From NCBI RefSeq assembly GCF_002113885.1, contig NW_018408820.1, forward strand, positions 1,145,654 through 1,209,309: a stretch of DNA of 63,656 bases, in the 5' to 3' direction. The notes under the pieces were generated by a model. The model saw only the letters and a program-made list of their open reading frames with translations. It made no database searches and was not told the DNA's origin. Every line of letters begins with the position of its first letter. The stretch's first letter is position 1. This DNA is from Mizuhopecten yessoensis. Taxonomy: Eukaryota. This document shows, in pieces, positions 51,501 through 61,600 of this stretch. The position numbers and the translations under genes are program-made.

Positions 51501-53772
51501 TGAATCCCGGAAGCTGATAAGTTCCTCATTGATTCTGTCCACAGATTTAGTTTTGGATGCGACTTCGTCTGAACGCTGTTTCAGAATCATGATCAACTGA
51601 GACTGTTCGTCAATACGAGAGCGAAGCATGGCCTTTTCTGTCTTATCATCAGCCGATAATCCCTTAAGTTTGGACAGGTTATTCTGCATATCAGACATGT
51701 CCTAAATAGAAAATGACAATTTAGATATGTATATATATATATTCAAAATATAATGAAAATTATTTCATTGTTTAGTATACTACATCAAAGACATACATTA
51801 TCAAGAAATTATTTTTCATTACATTATTTCAGCCACTGGCAGGCACTTCCCCCCAGCCAAAAATTGCCTTGTTTCCCCCAAAACCAAAGAAAATAATCCT
51901 CAAAAAAGGGAATATTTTCCCAATTTGTATAAATATGCCTGGTACTAAAATTTCTCAATTCATCCATGTATCGACTGCTGTAAGATTTAGGTAGAAAATA
52001 AAAACACTTTATTGAAATTGAGGACACTTTTCTTCACTATGACAAAAATTCATTCTCAAAAGAACACTCCATATATAAGAAACCTTTCAAACGTCCTGTC
52101 CGACTGGTAATTAATTTAGATGGATGACACCTGGTAAATGTTTACAGGTATTAATTGGCTCATTACACTGAGTTTACTTATGTACCTAATACAATAGATC
52201 ATAAGTTTATAATATAGCTATACATTGAATGTCCTTAAGCATCCTCGATACTCCAGGGGTTACGCTCACTTTCGCTAACTCTGCACCCCTGGAATATATG
52301 TCATAGTAAAATTGAAGGCACAAAGAAAGCTGTTTGATTGGTCTAGGGTTAAAAAACCTGACCAATCACTAGGCTGATACCTGCACTTTGAAGATTACAA
52401 AAGAGCGACACCCGACTTCAAAGCCTCTAAATTTTACCATTACGTGACCGCAAGATTCTTTTGATGAACATCAAAGGATCAAAATAGTCTTCTTGTCTCA
52501 TCAACAAGGTGGCGCACACTGAGCCTTCAATTTTGCTATGACATATTCCAGGGGTGCAGAGAGCAAAAGTTAACGTAACCCCTGGAGTGTAGAGGATGGT
52601 CCTTAAGTAGCAGAAAAGGTTTTGGCTATATGAAACGGTTAAATTAAAAAACAAATACTACTACACTTCACATAATACAAATGTACTACATGTATGCAAT
52701 GATGCAAGCTATGAAGCATTACCTAAAATGATATTGAGCATTTGTAAGCATAATAGCTATAGCCAGATATTGCAAAATGAAATACAATATGTAAAAAAAA
52801 ACCAGGCTATTCTTAATGTTTCACCATATATTACTAGAATCATTTTCCAACACTCACTAAATATTTACCAGAACATGGTTACAACATCAGCCATATTAAA
52901 AGTCAAATTTCTTTTAATCTAATATTTAGACTGAACTTTATGAATATAAATTAACATTTCCACACATATAAATGGCAAATCATCAAAGAATTTTTATTTA
53001 ATGTTATGTACTCTGTGGTCTGTGGGAAGGGTGAGGGATGGGAGTAGAGGAAAGTCATCAAAGGAAAAGTTCTGTTCTGATAAATCACTTAAATGGTCTG
53101 ATTTCAGTCTTACTAAAGATGATCATCATTCAGTAAGTGATAATTATGGGACTGAAAGCTTAAGGATTAAAATCTACTCACACCACACTTTAAAATAATG
53201 TATAAAGCCAGCACATTTTGCATGAATCTTGATGATTATCATACAAAGAGTAAGCATGCTTCATGTTATTAATCAGTGTAAAAATGAATGTCGTACGAAC
53301 AGTAGTAAACTAAATATTGAAAAATACTTTCATCTCTGTACATTTTCCATGATTTATATATATGTCCTGTACCAGTGATGAAATCTAATTTCCATGAAGC
53401 AGTATTTTCCTTGAATTTCAAACATGAAGAGGTAAAATGCAAAAGTGACGACCAATGGATTTTTTTTCAAGTTTCAGTTGGCGTTCATATTGACTTGTAT
53501 GAATGCCAACTGAAAGCAGTGTATAATAAATTGCACACCCCTGATTCAACAATGATATGCGCTCTGCATGCAAAATGACATCATACAAAGCAGCAGCTTA
53601 ATTACACTCTGGTCGCAACGCTAGGGAATATCAAACCACCACACGGAGCAGGGAAATGCGGGAACCGTCCTCCCACGGGTCATACCCAGAGTAAAAGCCT
53701 TTTAGGCGTCACCTTATCACTGTCCTCTACAACGGATCTGATGTCCTTCGGGTTTCTTGAATTTGACGACAT
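42589..53772 (-). CDS. CCDC89: Coiled-coil domain-containing protein 89, about 354 aa
   Basis: Exons 53772-53713, 51701-51229, 48045-47915, 46913-46777, 45873-45791, 42879-42786 and 42675-42589. All introns are GT-AG and the phases join into one ORF. Signature EKAMLRSRIDEQSQLIMILKQRSDE, LASNHQEMIKIKDEYK and C-terminal EFEAYKKHTNALLQRERDINEKLR. Confidence 0.9.
42931..43164. mobile_element. MITE (CAGGG...CCCTG termini); the same family occurs inverted at about 24963-25145
   Basis: Imperfect TIRs; the internal block CGGGTATAAA.CCTGG...TTTATGCAGGC.TTGCAAGGCTTTGT matches the reverse complement of about 25050-25115. Confidence 0.65.
43925..44270. mobile_element. Non-autonomous element with a long subterminal hairpin (44141-44240); class uncertain
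   Basis: AGGTTATTCAAACCC...GATAAAATATTGAGCA pairs with TGCTCAATATTTTATC...GGGTTTGAATAACCT. A similar architecture occurs at about 45917-46075. Confidence 0.5.
46550..46710 (-). mobile_element. tRNA-derived SINE with V-domain-like motif
   Basis: Minus strand shows an A box (TGGCACAATAG), a B box (GGTTCGATTCC) and GGGTTTTCTCCAGGTACTCTAGTTTCCTCCCAC. Confidence 0.75.
47625..47925. repeat. About 136-bp tandem duplication that triplicates the CCDC89 exon-3 splice donor
   Basis: AGTAGATGACCTACTTTTTAACCT occurs at 47628, 47764 and 47901. Confidence 0.9.
48525..50046. repeat. 20-bp minisatellite (CAGTGTATATAAGTACCCAG) in CCDC89 intron 2, containing two MITE-A copies and N-gap 49015-49094
   Basis: Highly homogeneous 20-bp periodicity. 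Confidence 0.96.
48665..48850. mobile_element. Foldback MITE family A, copy 4 (copy 5 at 48911-49014 is truncated by the gap)
   Basis: Same TIRs; both copies sit at GTATA^TAAGTA of the satellite unit. Confidence 0.9.
50063..50402. mobile_element. MITE family B, full-length diverged copy
   Basis: CATCCTCGATACTCCA...TGGAGTATCAAGGATG TIRs; the TSD is only partly conserved (ATGTAT). Confidence 0.8.
50478..51158 (+). mobile_element. HINE/pearl-like (non-autonomous Helentron-type) element with internal tandem repeats of about 155 bp
   Basis: AACAAGAG start, three to four internal repeats (GGACAAAAATCAAATACTGAAAT...), terminal hairpin ACCGTCAAATTTGACGGT followed by ATAAAAA. Related architectures at about 46950-47620, 57100-57700 and 62876-63483. 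Confidence 0.7.
52240..52598. mobile_element. MITE family B, complete copy with a 9-bp TSD (MULE-like)
   Basis: TIRs of about 80 bp; TSD GTCCTTAAG at 52231-52239 and 52599-52607. Confidence 0.88.
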
Positions 53773-54240
53773 GATGTATTAAGTCACAAGGTATCAGTTG
53801 ACATTAATGAAGTTATATAACCACACAAGTCCGTAGATAACAACGATATAACCCATGTCTTTCATCTCGAAGAAACTTCAATTTCGCTTAGAAACATGAC
53901 GCCGGAAGTGCTCACTTTATGGTAAATTCGTTTACGACATTTAATATTATAAATATTAAAGTATTATTAAAATTCAGTTAGAATCATTTATGTGAAATAT
54001 TAATAACTTATCATTTATTAATATGCTTATTTATGATCATGTCAGAATCTTATGATTTGTGAACGACTATCGTAAATTAAAATATCGTGTTGACTTCCGC
54101 TCAAAACGAAACGGCAAGGAGAAGGTTTTTTAACTGATTTGTTCTCTGTTTCTACACGGGTTTGAAGACTCATTTAACATTTTGATGATACAAATGAAAG
54201 TATTTCATTTTAAAGATACTTGCTGTCAACTGATACAAAC
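53773..54240. promoter_or_regulatory. Putative bidirectional promoter between CCDC89 and MIOS, including a candidate MIOS non-coding exon 1 ending at 54240
   Basis: The genes diverge from here. ETS-like CCGGAAGT (53902) and ACTTCCG (54093) are in opposite orientations. Donor C|GTAAGC at 54240/54241 and acceptor TTTACAG at 55607 lie upstream of the MIOS ATG. Confidence 0.55.
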
Positions 54241-54469
54241 GTAAGCATAGAAGTAGTTGTATTTTTTTATATATGAATTTTGATCAATTTCGCCCCCTTC
54301 CTATGCACCTTTGCACGATACAATTTTAGAGCGAAATCTTTTTGACTGGCGCCGAAGTGAGCATAATCCTATCCGATGAAAAAATAGCCGACTAGTGGTA
54401 ATTCTTTTTGGATCTATCATTGTCACCTTGTCAGCAAACAATCGCGGAATGGATCATAATGACATTTGG

Positions 54470-54670
54470 AATAAAAAAAAACTGAGGAGGTCGTACAAGC
54501 AAACACAATCAGGGAATTTGAAATTGGACTGGACAATTATTGGAATAATTTGGAACTAAAATATAATCACTTGGCTGGACATAATATCGTTAGCGGAAAG
54601 AACAATTAGCATACTCAACAAGCAACAGTCAATACATTTGAATCCCGATTGGATAAACATTGGGGCGATT
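54470..54670 (+). mobile_element. Degenerate CR1-type LINE C-terminal remnants
   Basis: WN...EEVVQANTIREFEIGLDNYW and ATVNTFESRLDKHW-like translations. Confidence 0.55.
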
Positions 54671-55224
54671 GCAACCTGAATGCTTTTTTAACCACATACA
54701 TTATTGTACATCTGGATAGTAATGAACATATTGTGATCTTGAGATATGTAGGTATATGCCTGCGTCCAGTATTATTATAATGCTAATAAACCTTTATTGA
54801 TTTAGAATTAACATTGTACATCATAGATGAATGATATTCACTATTATAAGTTTTAGTCATAAATATAAACTAGGCCAACATAGTCGGAAAAAAATTATGT
54901 TTTGACTCATTTTCGTTGTCTTAAAATTCATTGTTGATTTCAACATAAATAGTTCAATTCTTTTCTGACTAGATATATAGGTGTACATTATTTATGTAAA
55001 GATTAAAAAAGACAAATATCATAAAAATAGAAAAAATAAATCTTTAGTCTATTAAAATGTTGACTATTTTGTTCATATTCTCAAAAACGTACAACCAAAG
55101 ACTGGTGAAACTTTATGATCTGGAGATAGTAAATGTACACATATGTGGACTTCTTTGTATCTCAAGTTATTTTTATTATGTCTCTGAGCTGTATTTGTAA
55201 TAGGACGAGGAATAGTGATAAAAA

Positions 55225-55330
55225 TAGTGCCGTCGCTGGGGCTGGAACCCGCGACCCTTGACTCTCTAGCCCGATGCTCTACCGCTGAGCTAAAGGGAAA
55301 TTCCCTACAGTTGACGCTTGTAAGGCAACC
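55225..55330 (-). mobile_element. tRNA-derived SINE head
   Basis: Minus strand TAGCTCAGCGGTAGAGCA...GGGTCGCGGGTTCCAGCCCC; a partial homologue lies at about 31587-31635; there is no acceptor stem. Confidence 0.6.
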
Positions 55331-55671
55331 TAATTAATCCACATCTTTTTCATATTTAACAATTGACTGAATATCGATTATAGCTTGGGCTGTGCGCACA
55401 TCTCTCATAATTCAACTTAACTTCTTAAATAGCTCAAAAACAGCTACATGTACACACACATGTATTTTAGATTGGTAAATATATTCTGAATATAGATATA
55501 CAGTTTTTGTGATAGGTTGATATAGATATTGAGGCATTTTAAGGAATGCACTTGACTTTTATAATATGACAATCATGAATAACCATTTTTTTTTATAAAT
55601 TTACAGACATTATGAAGACCAAATGAAAAAAAACACCCTGATCTGTAAGCAGGAATACTGACCGACTGACC

Positions 55672-58600
55672 ATGTCTACTGTGACAAAAATCCTGTGGTC
55701 ACCCACTCAAAATGACCTGTTTCTCACTTATGGGTCAATGGTCAATCTATACAAGGTCACTCGGTGCAGTGAAAGCGATGCTTTCAAAGGGAAACCAGGT
55801 ATGTTGTACATACTCAATATAAACTCATTCAATGTACAGTATGAATTTTAGATTCAGAATTTACTGCTATAAACTTGTGAGGATCTTTTTTTAATTTTTA
55901 TTTTCAAACCCTCAAAAAATGACAGGATATATTGGCAATCTTAATTCAATTCAACTTTATTGCATTAGCAATGAAAGAAAGTTACATTATATGGATAGAA
56001 CCGACCAGCAAATTAACACAACAGTAACAAAAATATAAGAACTGTACTCAGAATATAAGCATAATATTGAACTTGAGCACTTTGCAAGCCAGCCTTTATC
56101 CTCAGTTCAAAAGACTTTTTAATGAAGAGACCCAAATCATGCAAAAGGTTTGGTTCATTTAATGATGTATTTGTATGTCATTTAATGATGTATTTGTATG
56201 TCATTTAATGATGTACTTGTATGTCATTTAATGATGTATTTATATGTCATTTAATGATGTAATTGTATGTCATTTAATGATGTATTTGTTTGTCATTTAA
56301 TGATGTAATTGTATGTCATTTAATGATGTAATTGTATGTCCTTTAATGATGTAATTGATCTATTTATTTTGAAAAATAATAACTTTTCATTATTTCATAT
56401 TACTAGTTTTCATGTATCACCCTTTGAAACAATGTTATACAATGTTCTAAAGAAAAAAGGTTGAGTAAATGTCATGGTTTATAATTGATGGTTTATATAT
56501 ATATTCATTCCAGTATATTTGAATCTTTTCTCAATAGCAACAAGACTGTCGGACCATACCTACGGCATCCACGTGGCTGTTAATTCTGGAATACAATATT
56601 TAAAGGTAAGGCCATCTGGTAAAGACTACAGGACGGCTTGGTTAACGTTGTTATCTACTTAAAGCTGACAGTGCAAGTTAAAAGCTTTCAATTGAGATTA
56701 AAAACAGTATATTTTTTTTTCAAGTATTTTTTTCTGGTTTTGAGATCTTCTCCATCTCTTCCGACTATCGTTTCCAAGGAAGTGTCAACATTTAAGTTTG
56801 TCCTTGCTTGGTAACAAGTATGGGTCTCGCTGGGTATACCAAACAAGGACAAACTAAAATGTTGGCACTTCCTTAGAAACGGATAGTCAAAAGAGATATC
56901 TCAAAACCAGAAAAAAATGAACTTTTTTTAATTTTTTTTATCTCAATTGAAAGCTTTTTATCTTGCACTGTCAGCTTTATGCTCTGGACCATACAAGTCT
57001 CTGAAATGTCATGGGGAGTTTTATTTTTACATTAACACCATCACATACACTATAACATCACATGTAATAACGACAAATTCATTTTGAAAGGTAAAGTGTT
57101 TTTTAAGGTCGACTGAGCTCTGCTCAATTGACCTATTTAATCACATAAGATTATTGCTTTTCATTCGACATAGGTAAACTTTTTTTTTATTTTTGGCTTC
57201 TTTTAAGAACCAATGAAGGATTTCTTTCCAACTTGGTGAGGATCGTCCTTGGTAGAAAAGTGTTTCAAATTGTAAAATGCAGTTCATACCCCACCCAAGG
57301 GGTCTTCAAGGAAGGGCTCAAAAGGGGAAATTGACCAAAATTCAAAAATTCTCTCCTTCATACCAAGAGGTCCTAAAATCAGATATGCTGCATAGATGGG
57401 AAAAAAATGTTACCCCGGGGTCAAACATTTTTCCCTGTGGTGGTGTTAAAATTTACCAGTAGCTTCGATATTCAAAAATATACCACCTTTTGTATATTTC
57501 TTATATTTTCTAGTGGAAATAATTCAAACTAGGTTAGAATTATCTTTGATGAGTGGAAGTTTGATGGTATGCAAGTTTAGACTCTGACCCCACTCTTGTG
57601 TCTAAGAGGTGGATCCAAAGGGTGAAAATTGGCTAAAATTTTGGGGGAAAAAATCTACTTCAGACCAAGAAATAAGTGTCTTAAGATGTTTTATGAGATA
57701 TGTAAATTTCGTTAACATTCGTTAAGTATTTGTCTGTGACTAACATTCTAGGTATTTACAAATCCTTAAAAAGTTATTCTAAATATTATGAAAGTGTTTG
57801 TATTTTTTGTTTTCTTTAATAAGTTATTATCAGTACCTGGATACTTTATTGACAGGACTCTGTTTGCTTTCAGACTATTGCCTGGTACCCTGGCAGAGAT
57901 GAGCAGGATAATCTAATAGCTGTCGGACAGCAAAATGGCAAAATCGTTCTGTCCAGGTAAAATTATTGTTCTGTCCAGGTAACAAAATCATTCTGTCCAG
58001 GTAACATGATCATTCTGTCCAGATAACAAGATCAATCTGTCCAGGTAACAAGATCATTCTGTCCAGATAACAAGATCATTCTATCCAGGTAACATAATCA
58101 TTCTATCCAGGTAACAAGATCATTCTGTCCAGGTAACATAATCATTCTATCCAGGTAACATAATCATTCTATCCAGGTAACAAGATCATTCTGTCCAGGT
58201 AACAAGCTCATTCTGTCCAAGTATCAAGATCATTCTATCCAAGTAATAAGATACTTCTGTCCAGGTAACGAGATCATTCTATCCAGGTAACAAGATCATT
58301 CTGTCAAGGTAACAAGATACTTCTGTCCAGGTAACAACCAGGGAACAAGATCATTCCGTCCTGGTAACAAAATTATTCTGTCTAGGTAGCAAACATTGGA
58401 AAAATTTAAATGCAAGTGACAGAAGAAAAGGGGTGATATTATAATATTGTTTTATGATTAAAATTAAGAATCTTTCACAACATGTATTTCAGTATTAATT
58501 TTGTATCATTTACTGGTATGCCTTATTATTTTATTCTTTCATGTTTTTTCATATTCAATTTTAGTTTTGGACAACCAGGTTGCAGTGATCTTGTTGGAAA

Positions 58601-61600
58601 AGAATTCAGTAAGTGTTATATATTTTACACAAAAAGTTTTCAGAATTTTATCCACATTTGTGTATACGTATATATGGCTTTTAACCGTTTTCAACCGTTG
58701 AAAAATGAACTGGAATGATATGAATGTTTTAATTGTTCCTATTATTTTGGAAATTTAAAAGTAAAATATTACTGAACCTTTCAGGTCCCAAACACAGCAG
58801 ATCATGTGCATACTTGGCATGGAATCCCGTGGAAACCAATTTGGTAACTATGTAGATTTGAGTAATTTGACAATAACAATAGATCTGAAACACAGTCCTG
58901 TACCTTATAGCTGGAAACATGATAAAAGTAAAGATCAATCTCATACAAAAGGAAAGTCACCCAATTTAAAGAAGTATGTTTGACACGGTTTTATCCATTC
59001 TGTTATTGAAACATTTCTTCTTCCTCAGGCCGCAGTGGCCAAGTGGTTAAGGCGTCTGGCAATCTGCTACCCCTTGCTCTCTACCACTAGGTCGTGGTTT
59101 CGAGACCTACATGGGGCAGTCGCCAGATACTGGCCGTAAGTCAGTGGTTTTTCTCTGTGAACTCCGGCTTTCCTCCACCACCAAAACCTGGCACGTCCTT
59201 AAATGACCATAGCTGTAAATAGGATGTAAAACACAAACATACCAAACACTTCCTCAGGAAATAAACATTAAAACACACCTTGTGTATGTTAAGTTGTTGT
59301 GGAATTTTAATATCTGGACCACAAAGTTCCATCATCTTATATCAAAGTGCTGTACGTACCCCTGTTTATGTGGTATGTGTGTCGCAATACGTATTTTATG
59401 CTGATGTCGCTGTTGTGTTGCCAGATAGCGGAGGGTCTAGAGAAGTACAGGAGTGACCCCTGTATCCTGATCTGGGATATCCATGCCAAGCCGGGCAGTG
59501 AGATCACTTCTAGTCTGGAGCGACAACGTTACAGCTCCTCCATTAGTGAATCCAGCGTCATCACCAAGCCTATCACAGAACTGGGTAACTACAATGAAAT
59601 CTGTCTTTACTGACATCTAAATGACTTAAATATTTGGTCTGGTATGGTACTGTGTCAGTAAAGCCAGTATTAAGACAAAGAAACCAGTGGTTAGCGACAT
59701 AAGTCGTCCATTGATAAAAACAGTCAGCAATGTCAGATGTCAGTAAATTCAGTTGTCAGTAAAATCAGTCAGATGTCGGTAAATTCAGTTGTCATTATAA
59801 TTAGTCAGATGTCGGTGAATTCAGTTGTCAGTAAAATCAGTCATATGTTAATAAATTCAGTTTTCAGTTAAACGAGTTGTCATTTAAGTTAGGTGTCAGA
59901 AAAATCAGATGTCACTGAAACCAGTCAAGCATCAGTTAAGTCTTTGTCAATAAAACTGGTTTGATGTTGTTTTTAAAACCAGTCAAGTTTCAGTACAGTC
60001 GGTTATCAGTAGAACCAGTCAGGTGTCAGTTATGCCAGTCATAAGTAAAGTCAGTTGTCAGTAAAATCAGTCAGGTGTCATAAAATCATTTGTCAGTTAA
60101 AAATAACCATCTGTCAGTAAAGTCAGGTGTCAGTAAAGTCAGGTGTCAGTAAAGTCAGGTTTCTGTCTGCAGTGTTAGATAACATCAGTATTCCAATTTC
60201 AGTGATCTGAAACTACTACCTATGTCCTAAAGGATTGCTTTTACTTATGTACATTTACATACTAAAAATTAAAACAATTCATGATTCTGGAGCAAGATTT
60301 AAGTCTAATGTATATATGCCAAAGTATCATTTACAACTTCACAAATCAAGCCCAGTGTTTTTAGGACTGCTTAGATATTAGTGAAGCTGAGGTCCTCATC
60401 TTTATCTATTCTGTATTTGCGAATTGCAGAGTTATCTTCTCTTGTGACCAGGTATTGATTGTTACGTCATTGGTTTTTGTGAGAAAATTACGTCGTTTTC
60501 TCAAAAATTGATGACGTTACTCTCACAAACCAATGACGTAACAATGAATACCTGCTCACAAGAGAAGATAACTCTGCAATACGCAAAGACAGAATTGACC
60601 TTCTGTTACATTTCAATTCCCTTTAGCTGATTTTGATCTTTTCCTATTTGAACTGTTCTGACCTTTGTGTTTGTTTGACAGGTCCGGGTGATACTACAGG
60701 GTCCCTCGCCTGGTTCCAAAAGGACTCCAAGACATTTGCAGCAGGGTTGGGCTCCAAGTACATCAAGATCTTTGATTTAAGAGGTACTGTTATCTCTGAT
60801 TAAAGTATGGTAAACAATCAAATATATATCCCTGTTACTCAAAATCTACTGTAGCTGCGGGAACCGTAGCTTCTAGGCCCGATCTTTAAAAAAAAATAAT
60901 CTATGGACCGATAACAATAAAAAAAAAAAAAGTCGGCCTAGAAGCTATGGTTCCCGCAGCTCAATCTACTGTAACCTCGGTGCAAATTTATAAACGTTTG
61001 AACAAACTTTTCTTTTAGATTTTCTAGGTTTTACTTTTCACAGGAAAAAAAAGTTTAAATCCGTGTAGAGAAAAATCTGTAGATAATATGTAACCAAATA
61101 TGTAATAAAATTGAATGGAACACACTAATGATCATATTGTCACATATCAGAAATCGGGGGAAAATGTAAACGTGAATCAAATCAAATGCGAATGTTTCAT
61201 GGTGCAGCTGTATCAAGGTGAATAGTTTTTCTAGGGTTTAATAAAACAAACAATTTGTTAAGGAATATAAACAGTGATTACCTTCCTAAAGCAGCACTGT
61301 TTGAAACTAAACTAAAACGGACAATGGGCGTTAAGGGGAAATTTGCTTAAAAATTGTCATAACAGTGTTCATTCGTAGAAAGGAATTTTTGTTTGTCAAA
61401 TGTGAAGGCTTTCAGTTCTGCATGCTAACTGCCTAAAAAAAAACATCTTTTGGCTATTTTTGCATAGCAACGCAATTTTGTTGCTATGGTAGGGCATCTA
61501 CAAATGCACCAAGAAAGATGGCCCCAATAAACAAATATGATGTTAATAATAGAAAATGTTAAATTAATTCAAGTTGAAATTTTCACTTTGTATGAGGCCA

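Noticed and set aside
55225-55310. tRNA-like sequence on the minus strand (also the heads at 4339, 15125 and 59028)
   Set aside because: A and B boxes are present but there is no paired acceptor or anticodon stem. These are SINE heads, not tRNA genes.
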